Made by a program: the position numbers and the translations under genes
From: Conexivisphaerales archaeon
Lineage (GTDB): Archaea; Thermoproteota; Nitrososphaeria; Conexivisphaerales; DTJL01
Direction of reading: 5' to 3'
NCBI GenBank assembly: GCA_049509455.1
Contig: JBEKZX010000001.1
Location: forward strand, 64,001 to 128,000
Length of the DNA stretch: 64,000 bases
Part shown: positions 9,535 to 18,263 of the stretch, in pieces
Numbering within the stretch: position 1 is the stretch's first letter
Layout of the letters: each line of letters opens with the position of its first letter
Notes under the pieces: model-generated
Told to the model about the DNA's origin: nothing
Databases searched by the model: none
The model's input: the letters and a program-made list of their open reading frames with translations, nothing else

Positions 9535-9661
9535 GGGTCTGAAGCTTCATCCTTAGACATCTACAGTTCGGGGACAGGCGAACGCAGGGAATCGCCGGAG
9601 CGGCGGCGAAGCTGAGCGTTCAAGACCAGGGGAACAATCGACTCTGAGAAAGGAAGCTAGG

Positions 9662-9776
9662 CGGGCCTGGAGGGATTCGGACCCCCGACCTACTGGTTTC
9701 TCCGGCACCCGATCGGTGTCGTAAGAGCCAGCCGCTCTAGGCGAGGTCAATCTCTACCTGGCTGAGCTACAGGCCC
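9662..9776 (-). tRNA. tRNA-Lys(CTT) with two introns (17 nt in the D arm, 24 nt at canonical 37/38)
   Basis: Removing 9698-9721 and a 17-nt insert near 9740-9756 gives a 74-nt cloverleaf GGGCCTGTAGCTCAGCCAGGTAGAGCGGCTGGCTCTTAACCAGTAGGTCGGGGGTCCGAATCCCTCCAGGCCCG. The acceptor stem GGGCCTG/CAGGCCC is perfect and the anticodon intron forms a BHB motif. Confidence 0.9.
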
Positions 9777-9792
9777 ACAGCGATAGCGTTTT

Positions 9793-10617
9793 TTGTGTGG
9801 ATTATTTAAGGCTTTGAGGCTGACCGCCGTCTGTCGAAGAATCAAACTTCAAACTTTAATTCAGGGCGCATGCGCCCGTCGAGTTATCATGAACGTGGTC
9901 GAGGGGAGGGACCTCACGAAGGTGTACGGCTCGATCGTCGCCTTAGATGGAATCACTTTCGAAGTGCGACAGGGGGAGATCTTTGGTCTCATCGGTCCCA
10001 ATGGGTCCGGGAAGACCACCACGCTTCGGATCCTTTCCACCCTCATTAAGCCCACGTCGGGCAGCGCCATCGTCCTCGGCTACGACGTCGTCAAGGACGC
10101 GCAGAAGGTCAAGAGCTTGATTAGCTACCTTCCCGGCGAGGCCGGAGCATACCAGAACCTGTCGGGCAAGGAGTACCTTCACTTCATGGCCAACCTCTAT
10201 GCTTCGAACCGCGAGGAGCTGGATCAGATGGTCACCGCCGCCAGCGACATTTCCGGGCTAGGCGACAGGCTGAAGGACAAGGCCAAGACCTACAGCCAGG
10301 GGATGGGGAGGAGGCTCCTCATCGCCCGCTCTCTGATGTTCAAGCCGAAGCTGGCCATCATGGACGAGCCCACGTCGGGGCTGGACGTTGTGCACGCCAC
10401 CTACGTGCGCCGTATGGTCAAGGACTACGTGCGCAACTTCGGCGTGACGGTCCTCCTTTCCAGCCACAACATGCTGGAGGTCGACTATCTCTGCGACAGG
10501 ATAGCGCTCATAAACACCGGCCGCCTCCTGGCCGTGGGTTCTCCCAGCGAGGTCAAGGCCTCTGCAAGGGCCGAGAACCTCGAGGAGGCATTCATGAAGG
10601 TGATCAACAACGGCTAG
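9793..10617 (+). CDS. ABC exporter ATP-binding subunit (true start probably ATG near 9889)
   Basis: Walker A GPNGSGKTT, signature YSQGM, Walker B IMDEPTSGLD, H-loop SSH. Confidence 0.92.
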   Translation: MCGLFKALRLTAVCRRIKLQTLIQGACARRVIMNVVEGRDLTKVYGSIVALDGITFEVRQGEIFGLIGPNGSGKTTTLRILSTLIKPTSGSAIVLGYDVVKDAQKVKSLISYLPGEAGAYQNLSGKEYLHFMANLYASNREELDQMVTAASDISGLGDRLKDKAKTYSQGMGRRLLIARSLMFKPKLAIMDEPTSGLDVVHATYVRRMVKDYVRNFGVTVLLSSHNMLEVDYLCDRIALINTGRLLAVGSPSEVKASARAENLEEAFMKVINNG

Positions 10618-10636
10618 CGTCTTCAGGACCCTGGTC

Positions 10637-11905
10637 ATGAAAGAGCTGCGGGACCTCCTCAAGGACCCGAAGCTGCTCTTCGGGATGATAGTCGTGCCGC
10701 TCCTGATGTACCCTCTGATGGGCGTGGCCATCAACGTGTCCACTCAAGCCGTGCAGAATAGCATTGGCACGGGTAACTTCGCCATCATGGACCTCGACGG
10801 AGGAAACTACTCCTCCCTGGCAGTGCAGTACTTCACTTCGCTCCCTAATGTCACCGTCAACGTTATACAGCCTGAACAGATTAGCGCCGCCATAACGGAC
10901 GCTCAGCACCTGAACGCCACTACCCTCGTCGTCATACCGCAAGGCTTCAGCCAGAATGTGACGGACCGCGGCGAGGTCTCCCTCCAAACATATACGCCGC
11001 TGAAGACGTTCGCCACCACCGAATCGGCAAAGGCGGGAGTGGTCTCCGACATCATCTCCTCCTTCTCCAGCTATCTCTCAGCCTACTACATCCAGACTGC
11101 CGACCCCACGCTCAACTCATCCGTTGTCATGCAGCCCCTGCAGGTGAACGCCACCAGCATCGTCAACGGCGAGCAGGTGGACATACCTCCCTCCACGCTG
11201 GACAGCATCATGCTGAGCCAGTCCTTCGGGACTCCCATCGCACTGATGGTTGTAATCATCCTGGCCATGCAGATCGCCGCCACCGCCATCGCCGTGGAGA
11301 AGGAGCAGAAGACCCTCGAGACCCTTCTCACCCTTCCGGTGTCCAGGTTCAACATTCTGTCCGCCAAGCTCATAGGTTCCACGGTCATCGCCGGCCTCGG
11401 GGCAGTGACCACGGTCATCGGCTACACCTACTACATAGATTCCTTCTCAAGCTCCTTCACAACCGCCACGTCGGTATCCTTCAATCTGGCGCCCTCTCTC
11501 CTCTTCTATGTCATCCTTGGAGCCCTTCTGTTCCTGACCCTCGCCTTCGCCACGTCGCTGGCCATCGTGATAGGGGTCTTCTGCGAGGACGTGCGCAGCG
11601 CTCAGGCCGTCGTCGGCTACCTCATCATACCCATCATGATTCCGACCTTCATGCTCCTCTTCAGCGACCTGCAGAGCTTCTCCACCGGAATACAGGTAGG
11701 CCTCCTTCTCTTCCCCTTCTCCTACGCGACGATCTTCTCCAAGATGGCCTATACGGGCAATTACACCATCGGTCTCCTGGGGATTGGCTACGTACTCCTC
11801 TGGACCGTCATCGTGCTTTACATCGGCTCCAGGATCTTCAGCTCGGAGAAGGTGCTGACGGCCAAGTTCACTTTTTCGAGGAAGAAGAAGCAGCGTCAGG
11901 AATGA
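10637..11905 (+). CDS. ABC-2/NatB-like permease
   Basis: N-terminal KELRDLLKDPK plus TM helix, a large extracellular loop, AVEKEQKTLETLLTLPVSR and several C-terminal TM helices. Confidence 0.85.
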   Translation: MKELRDLLKDPKLLFGMIVVPLLMYPLMGVAINVSTQAVQNSIGTGNFAIMDLDGGNYSSLAVQYFTSLPNVTVNVIQPEQISAAITDAQHLNATTLVVIPQGFSQNVTDRGEVSLQTYTPLKTFATTESAKAGVVSDIISSFSSYLSAYYIQTADPTLNSSVVMQPLQVNATSIVNGEQVDIPPSTLDSIMLSQSFGTPIALMVVIILAMQIAATAIAVEKEQKTLETLLTLPVSRFNILSAKLIGSTVIAGLGAVTTVIGYTYYIDSFSSSFTTATSVSFNLAPSLLFYVILGALLFLTLAFATSLAIVIGVFCEDVRSAQAVVGYLIIPIMIPTFMLLFSDLQSFSTGIQVGLLLFPFSYATIFSKMAYTGNYTIGLLGIGYVLLWTVIVLYIGSRIFSSEKVLTAKFTFSRKKKQRQE

Positions 11906-12663
11906 GCCCTTGCGCCCACACCCTTTGACAGTGACCTGAAGGCTTCGGCGAGCTCCTTGTTGTTCTTGAGGAGTAGCAGGAGGCCTTCCTCGTTCACCTT
12001 CGGCTCCAGCGGTATCTCGGCCAGGAGCTTCGCTCCCAGAACCTTCTCCACGGACTTCGGCTCAGCTTTGCCGAGCACGTAAAGCTTCTTCTTGCCCACC
12101 ACTAGGTAGCTCATGTTCAGCACGAACCCGACCACCTCGACCTTCTCCTGCTTGGCCAGCTTCGACAGCTTGGCCACGACGGAAAGGGCGCGCTTCGAAG
12201 GGGTGGCCACCAGCAAGAGGCGACAGTTGTCGGCGAAGAGCCTAAAGGCGGCGAGCAGCTCGTCTCCCGTCCCCGGAGGCAGGTCCACCACCATGTAATC
12301 CAGCCTCCCCCAGTTGGTCTGGGCTAGGAGCTGGGTCACCAATGCCTGCTTCTCCCCTCCCTTCAGGGGGGCCGGCCTGTCACCGGTGAAGAACCCAACG
12401 GACATGGTCTTCAGCTTCCCGATGGCCTTGGGCTCCAGCCCCTCCTTAGTGCTCCTAATGGGCGGTCTGGCGTCAAGGTAGCTTGGAAGGCTGGGGCCGT
12501 GCACATCGATGTCTAGGAGCGCCGTCGAAAAGCCCTCCTTGGACAGGGTCACGGCTAGGGCGCTCGCCACGAAACTCTTCCCCACTCCGCCCTTACCGCT
12601 GCCGACCAATATTACGTGTCTGATCCGCTTCAGCCTTGTGAACGCCTGGTCTTGCTGGAACAT
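11896..12663 (-). CDS. Mrp/MinD-family P-loop ATPase, probable HypB-equivalent nickel-insertion ATPase
   Basis: Deviant Walker A GKGGVGKS, DIDVHGPS, DLPPGTGD. It lacks the C-terminal CxxC of Mrp/NBP35 and lies 11 bp downstream of hypA. Confidence 0.8.
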   Translation of the reverse strand: MFQQDQAFTRLKRIRHVILVGSGKGGVGKSFVASALAVTLSKEGFSTALLDIDVHGPSLPSYLDARPPIRSTKEGLEPKAIGKLKTMSVGFFTGDRPAPLKGGEKQALVTQLLAQTNWGRLDYMVVDLPPGTGDELLAAFRLFADNCRLLLVATPSKRALSVVAKLSKLAKQEKVEVVGFVLNMSYLVVGKKKLYVLGKAEPKSVEKVLGAKLLAEIPLEPKVNEEGLLLLLKNNKELAEAFRSLSKGVGARAHS

Positions 12664-12674
12664 CAGAGGCGTTT

Positions 12675-13121
12675 CTATTCACTCTTCTCCAGGACGAGCC
12701 TGGTGATCTTGATTACGCCGCCGTCGCTGAGGAAGATGTCCGAGCTTCCGCACTTTGGGCAGTGGATGAAAGCCGGGTAGAGTTCCGGAAGGAAGTGGAG
12801 CGGGAGCTCCTTGCTTTCGGGCTCGCTGATCATCAGCTCCGCGGCGACGCCCTTCAGTTGCTTCTTCGCCTCCTCGATGCCCCACTTCGCGGAACACTTC
12901 TGGCATGTGAAGGCGGCCTTGTCGTCGGTGACCTCCAGCTCGGCGCCGCCCAAAACTGGGCCCTCCAGCAGCGACTTGAAGGACTCGACCAAGATGGGCT
13001 TGTCCAGCTGCATTAGCTCCCCTATGGCAAGGTGAATCTTCAGGACCTTCTTCGCTTCATGTTTGTCGGCCTCTGACAGGACGGAGGCGATGACGCTCTG
13101 GGCCAAGCTCATTTCATGCAA
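12675..13121 (-). CDS. hypA: Hydrogenase nickel chaperone HypA (long-insertion type)
   Basis: MHEMSLA start, IGELMQLD, CQKC...HFLPE...CPKCGS with a long insert between the zinc-finger halves. Confidence 0.93.
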   Translation of the reverse strand: MHEMSLAQSVIASVLSEADKHEAKKVLKIHLAIGELMQLDKPILVESFKSLLEGPVLGGAELEVTDDKAAFTCQKCSAKWGIEEAKKQLKGVAAELMISEPESKELPLHFLPELYPAFIHCPKCGSSDIFLSDGGVIKITRLVLEKSE

Positions 13122-13267
13122 GAGTGCTCACTTTCCTTCCTTGTTAGGTGCACCACGTAGACCGTATATGAGGCTTGTTGGTGAATGGGGGGAGTGGCCG
13201 TGTCTCATGGTCAACGCATAAATCACCCGACCGTCCCCTGGACCCGCATAGCCGAGCCTGATGCAAG

Positions 13268-15556
13268 ATGAAGGAAGCCCTGGAGCTGACCGTGACCGGC
13301 GTCGTCCAGGGCGTCGGCTTCCGGCCTTTCATCTACAGGCTCGCCACCAAGCACGGGCTATGCGGCTACGTCCAGAACGTGGGCGGGAGCGCCGTCACAG
13401 CCGTGGTGGAAGGCTCTCGCTCCTCCATCGAAGCCTTCGGACGCTCCATCGAGCCCGAGAAGCCCGTCGCGGCCTACATCGAGTCCATCGAGATGAGGCC
13501 GCTGGAGCCGAAGGGCTACGGCTCCTTCTCCATCTTGGAGAGCGACGCCAGCGCCAACAGCCCCTCTATGATACCCGCCGACATCGCCGTATGCAACGAC
13601 TGTCTCGGCGAGGTCCTGGACCCCCATAGCAGGTTCCACCTCTATCCATTCAACTCGTGCGCCGTCTGCGGCCCCAGGTACTCGGTGATCAAAGCGACGC
13701 CGTACGACCGTCCCAACACTTCGATGGAGCCCTTCAAGCTCTGCAAGGACTGCCGGCACGAATACGAAGACCCCGGGGACGTCCGGCGCTTCCACGTGCA
13801 GGGGATAAGCTGCCCCGCGTGCGGTCCTAGGGTCTGGCTGGAGGACCGCAGAGGCCGCGGGGTGGACGGCGTCGATCCCATTGAAGAGGTGGGGAGGCTC
13901 CTAAGTCAGGGGAAGATCGTTGCGATAAAGGGCCTGGGGGGCTTCCACGTTTCGGCTAGCGCCAGCGACGACAGCGTGGTTGAAAGGCTACGCGAAAGGA
14001 AGCGCCGGCCCAGCAAACCCTTCGCCGTGATGGCGCTAGACATGGAGGCCATCCGGATGTTGGGCGCCGCATCTCCTGCCCAGAGGAAGCTCCTGGACTC
14101 TCCGGAGAAGCCCATCGTCCTGGTGAATGCGCGAAAGGACACCCCGCTGTCCCCTCGAATCGCCCCCGGCCTCCGCCAGGTGGGCCTCTTTCTTCCCTAC
14201 ACTCCGCTCCACCACTTGATCCTCCGGCAGTTCAGGGACCATTTCGCCATAATGACCAGCGGTAACCCTCCCGGCGAGCCCATGTGCATCAACGAGCGCG
14301 ACGCCAAGGAGAAGCTTTCGCCCTTCGTCGACTTCTTCCTCCTTCACAATCGTCGCATAGTGAACAGGGTCGACGACAGCGTTGTGAGGACGACGGATGG
14401 ACGCCCGACGCTCCTTCGCCGGGGCCGGGGCTACGCTCCTAGATGGATAAACCTCCCGGCGAGACTGCTATCCCCCTCCGTCTGCTTCGGCGCCATGCTC
14501 CAGAGCGCGGGGGCCGTCGGCTTCGGCGACAAGGCCGTCCTCACCCAGTACATCGGGGACACCGACGAATACTTCACCTCACTGGAGCTGGAGAGGTACA
14601 TCCGACTCCTCCTCAAGAACTATGGGATTCGCCCCCAGGATTCCACCACAGTCTGCGACCTCCACCCAAACTATCCCAGCACGGCCTTGGCCGAGAGATG
14701 GAGCGAGAGGTTCCACTCCCCTCTGCGTAGGGTCCAGCACCACTGGGCCCACCTTGCGTCCGTGGCCGCAGAGCATCAGATCGAAGGCGAAGTCCTCGGT
14801 ATCGCCGTCGACGGCACGGGGTTCGGCGACGACGGCAACATCTGGGGAGGCGAAGTGATGCGTTTCAGCACGAAGGGTTATAGACGGCTGGGCCACCTCC
14901 AGTACCAGTCGCTCCCCGGCGGGGACCTGGCCTCCACATATCCTGCGAGGATGCTCGCCTCGGTCCTCTCCCGATTCCTAAGTGATTCCGAAATCGCCAA
15001 GCTCTTCTCCTCCAGAGATCTCCTTCGCGGCCTCCCCTATGGTCGCCAGGAGCTCGAAATAGTGCTCCAGCAGGCTCGTGCACCTGGCATAGCCACATCC
15101 AGCCTGGGGAGGGTTCTGGACGCGGCGTCCGCGTTTCTTGGAGTTAGTTTCATGCGCAGCTACGAAGGAGAGCCCGCCATCAGGCTAGAGGCTTCGTCGA
15201 GGCGGGGGGACCCACCCCTCAGGCCTCGTATACTGAAGGGGGAAATCGACATCCTTGACACGACCTCGCTCTTTGATCAGCTCCTTGAGCTGGGTAGCTC
15301 GCACGACGTGGGCCTCCTGGCCTATGCGGTGCAGCATTCCCTGGGCCTGGGGCTGGCGTCAATGGCCCTCTCTAGGTCCAGAAGGAGCGACGCCATGTTG
15401 GCCGTGTCAGGTGGCGCCGCCGTGAACACATACATTATGGAGGGGATACGGGAAGGGGCCCAGGGCCGGCTGAGGGTGCTGACGAACTCAAAGGCCCCTC
15501 CCGGCGACGGCGGCATAGCGCTGGGCCAGTGCGCCTTAGCAGATTCTGGGAACTAG
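13268..15556 (+). CDS. hypF: Carbamoyltransferase HypF
   Basis: Acylphosphatase domain GVVQGVGFRPF, zinc fingers CNDC/CAVCGPRY and CKDC/CPACGP, KGLGGFH, HHWAH, DGTGFGDDG, SSLGR, PPGDGGIALGQ. Confidence 0.96.
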   Translation: MKEALELTVTGVVQGVGFRPFIYRLATKHGLCGYVQNVGGSAVTAVVEGSRSSIEAFGRSIEPEKPVAAYIESIEMRPLEPKGYGSFSILESDASANSPSMIPADIAVCNDCLGEVLDPHSRFHLYPFNSCAVCGPRYSVIKATPYDRPNTSMEPFKLCKDCRHEYEDPGDVRRFHVQGISCPACGPRVWLEDRRGRGVDGVDPIEEVGRLLSQGKIVAIKGLGGFHVSASASDDSVVERLRERKRRPSKPFAVMALDMEAIRMLGAASPAQRKLLDSPEKPIVLVNARKDTPLSPRIAPGLRQVGLFLPYTPLHHLILRQFRDHFAIMTSGNPPGEPMCINERDAKEKLSPFVDFFLLHNRRIVNRVDDSVVRTTDGRPTLLRRGRGYAPRWINLPARLLSPSVCFGAMLQSAGAVGFGDKAVLTQYIGDTDEYFTSLELERYIRLLLKNYGIRPQDSTTVCDLHPNYPSTALAERWSERFHSPLRRVQHHWAHLASVAAEHQIEGEVLGIAVDGTGFGDDGNIWGGEVMRFSTKGYRRLGHLQYQSLPGGDLASTYPARMLASVLSRFLSDSEIAKLFSSRDLLRGLPYGRQELEIVLQQARAPGIATSSLGRVLDAASAFLGVSFMRSYEGEPAIRLEASSRRGDPPLRPRILKGEIDILDTTSLFDQLLELGSSHDVGLLAYAVQHSLGLGLASMALSRSRRSDAMLAVSGGAAVNTYIMEGIREGAQGRLRVLTNSKAPPGDGGIALGQCALADSGN

Positions 15557-16585
15557 GTTCCCGGCCGGCGCCTCAAGGATCCTGAAGCCACCGATTCCGC
15601 TCTTGAGCAGGACGATCCCCCTATGTTCCTTGGGCTTCCTGGCCTCGCCGATTATGGCGGCGTCCTTAGCGCCCGCCTCCTTCAACGTCCTGAGTACAGC
15701 GTCGGCGATTCCCGGCTCGACGCCCAGGACGGCAGCGCCTTCATTGGCGAGGTAGAGCGGGTCGATGCCCAGCATGCCCAGGTATAGGCGAACGCTCTCC
15801 TTCACCGGGATGGCCGCTTCGTCGACGGCCACAACCGTACCGCTGCCTTTGGCCCAGTCGTTCAGCGTCATGGCCAGGCCCCCTCTTGTGGGGTCACGGG
15901 CGGCGTGGAGTCCCTTTCCAAAACGGTCGATCACGGGGAGCATAAAGGAAGTCAGGGGCTTCGCGTCGCTCTCCAGCCCTGACTTCAGGACGTCGACCCC
16001 CTGCTGAAGCGCTAGTATGGTGGCGCCATGGTCTCCCATGGACCCGGTGACTACGATCTTGTCCCCCGGCTTGAGCTCCGCGTCCACAATCGGCCTCCTT
16101 GTCAGCCCCAGCCCCACCGTCGTGATGATAATTTTGTCCAGCTGGCCCTTGGGCATGGTCTTGAAGTCCCCTCCAATTAGAGGTATGGACTCCCTCCGGA
16201 GCGTCGCCATCAAGGAATCCATGAGCTGGGAGAGCAGGTCTAGGTCGAAGCCCTCCTCGACTACCGTCGCGTCGAGGAGCGCGAGGGGCTTCCCTCCCAT
16301 CATTAGCACGTCATTGATGCTGCCTGAGGCTGCGAGGCTCCCTATGTCTCCGCCCGGAAAGATCAGAGGGCTCACGGTATAGGAGTCCACCGTCGCCACC
16401 AGGAACTGGTCTCCAATGGGCAGGGCCGCCGCGTCGTCGGGGGAGTCGAGGCCCACTCCTCCCTCCACGCTCTTGAGCTTCTTCTCCAGCTTCTGGAAGA
16501 GCATCCTGTCCAAAAGCTCCTGAGTCTCCTTCCCTCCAGCCCCGTGTGCGAGGGTTACGAAGCGCCTACCCAACTGTCCATTCAA
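15536..16585 (-). CDS. hypE: Hydrogenase maturation protein HypE
   Basis: TLAHGAGG, DSYTVSPLIFPGGDIGSLA, RDPTRGGLA, ANEG, C-terminal PRIC. Confidence 0.95.
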   Translation of the reverse strand: MNGQLGRRFVTLAHGAGGKETQELLDRMLFQKLEKKLKSVEGGVGLDSPDDAAALPIGDQFLVATVDSYTVSPLIFPGGDIGSLAASGSINDVLMMGGKPLALLDATVVEEGFDLDLLSQLMDSLMATLRRESIPLIGGDFKTMPKGQLDKIIITTVGLGLTRRPIVDAELKPGDKIVVTGSMGDHGATILALQQGVDVLKSGLESDAKPLTSFMLPVIDRFGKGLHAARDPTRGGLAMTLNDWAKGSGTVVAVDEAAIPVKESVRLYLGMLGIDPLYLANEGAAVLGVEPGIADAVLRTLKEAGAKDAAIIGEARKPKEHRGIVLLKSGIGGFRILEAPAGNLVPRIC

Positions 16586-16890
16586 CCCTTGCTCTTCACG
16601 CTGAGCAGACCCTTGAGGGACCTGTCCACGTCTTTTTCGGCCTTCCTCTTGGAGACGCCCGCATCGATTTCCAGCTGGACGGCGATGTCCCTGTAATAGG
16701 TGAAACTCTCCAAGAACTCCTGCTCGCTCAACCTAGAGATGGCCACCCCCGCGTGCACTAGGACATAGTCCCCGACGGACAGCTCTTCAGGCGTGGCCGC
16801 CAGGACCTCCCTGATGGTCCCGCCTCCGAAGTCCACCTTCGCTATCATGTCGTTGATCTCCAGGACCCTTGCCGGAACTGCCCAGCACAA
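16582..16890 (-). CDS. hypC: Hydrogenase maturation chaperone HypC
   Basis: MCWAVPARV start and VGDYVLVHAGVAI. Confidence 0.95.
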   Translation of the reverse strand: MCWAVPARVLEINDMIAKVDFGGGTIREVLAATPEELSVGDYVLVHAGVAISRLSEQEFLESFTYYRDIAVQLEIDAGVSKRKAEKDVDRSLKGLLSVKSKG

Positions 16891-18087
16891 CTATCGCCCC
16901 ACCCCCGTCTCCGCCGCCACCTTGTCGGCCAGCCCGCCGCCCCCATACTTGGCCCATACGGCGCAGGTCCCCTCCGAAGATACCATGCAGGGGCCGTAGG
17001 GCTTCTCAGCCGTGCAGGCCACCAGGAAGAGCGGGCAGTCGGTGGGCTTAATGAGGCCCAGCGTGACTTCGCCGCAGCGGCACCCTTCCGGGAGGTCCTC
17101 CGTCCAAGACTCCTTCGTAGGGTCCTTGATGTCAAAGCGCGACTTCGCATCGTGCGAAGCGTACTTCTTGCGAGGCTCGAGCCCGCTGGCAGGTATCACG
17201 CCTATCCCTCTCCAGGCGGCATCCGACTCCTCGAAGACCTTGGCCGTCGCGGCGAGCGCCCTCGCGTTACCTTCCCAGCCTACGGCCCTCCGGTATTCTA
17301 TCTCCACCTTGTGCTCCCCCCGGCTCATCTGATTGAGGAGCCCCGCCACCGAAATCAGGAGGTCCAAAGGCTCGAAGCCCGAGACGACAGCAGGGGTCTT
17401 GAACCTCTCCGCGATGGGGGCCCAAGCGGAAGCCCCAGTGATGACCGAGACGTGGCCTGGTGCGATGATGCCGTCCACTCCGCCCACCTTCTCTAGTGCG
17501 AAGCAAGCCGCCGGGGGAGTGAGCCGCAACGCGCTGAGGAAGTAGAGGTTGTCCGGGACCATGTCATGCGCCAGAGGCTCCGAGTAGCTGGGGGTGGTGG
17601 TCTCGAAGCCGATGCCCAGGAAGACGCAATCCTCCCCGTACTCCCTGGCGTCCTTCATGGCGTCGAGGAAGCTATAGACAACCTTCACGTCCCCGCCCAA
17701 TGCCTTAGCCTCCTCAAGGCTCCTGGCGTTGGAGACGGCCTTCGTGTTGGGGAGCCTGAAGGCGTCGCCGTATGAATAGACGCGGACGCCCTCCAGTGCC
17801 AAGCGAATGCAAGTATCCACGTAGTTCGAAGGGGTCACGCAGACTGGGCATCCCGGTCCTGAAATCATCTCCACGTTGCCGGGGAGGAGGCTCCTGATGC
17901 CATAGTGGGTCGTCGTCCACTCATGAGTGCCACAGAAGTTCATTATCCGTATGTGCTCCATCCCCTTCCTGTCCTTGAGCTCCTTGGCGATCTGACCGAT
18001 GGTCCGAGAAATGCTCTCGGCGACATCGGCATCCTTCCTGAAATACCTCTCGACATCGACTGAGAGGTCACGTCGAGCCTTCGGCAA
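16891..18087 (-). CDS. hypD: Hydrogenase maturation protein HypD
   Basis: CGTHE, GPGCPVCV, GFETT, PGHVS, C-terminal CRCG..C..F..C....PYGPCMVSSEGTC. Confidence 0.96.
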   Translation of the reverse strand: MPKARRDLSVDVERYFRKDADVAESISRTIGQIAKELKDRKGMEHIRIMNFCGTHEWTTTHYGIRSLLPGNVEMISGPGCPVCVTPSNYVDTCIRLALEGVRVYSYGDAFRLPNTKAVSNARSLEEAKALGGDVKVVYSFLDAMKDAREYGEDCVFLGIGFETTTPSYSEPLAHDMVPDNLYFLSALRLTPPAACFALEKVGGVDGIIAPGHVSVITGASAWAPIAERFKTPAVVSGFEPLDLLISVAGLLNQMSRGEHKVEIEYRRAVGWEGNARALAATAKVFEESDAAWRGIGVIPASGLEPRKKYASHDAKSRFDIKDPTKESWTEDLPEGCRCGEVTLGLIKPTDCPLFLVACTAEKPYGPCMVSSEGTCAVWAKYGGGGLADKVAAETGVGR

Positions 18088-18263
18088 CCGTGGTCAGAGC
18101 CTTCTTGGTAGAGATAAGCCTTTTCCTTCATGCCGCGCAACTGATCAATCCGCATGGGCGCGAACTCCGTTACAGAGGTAACCTCTCCCGACACTCTTGC
18201 AAGGAGGAACATTCCACGAATTGCCTTCCGGGCAAACCAATAATAGCATCTGAGGTCAGGTGA

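Noticed and set aside
9592-9609. Short inverted repeat TCGCCG-N6-CGGCGA between the tRNA and the DeoC-like gene
   Set aside because: A 6-bp GC stem is expected by chance at this composition.
7880-9661. TusA/TRASH/DeoC-like block as an island integrated at the tRNA-Lys 3' end
   Set aside because: No convincing repeat of the tRNA 3' end and no integrase found; only a weak gggttcgg similarity near 7950.
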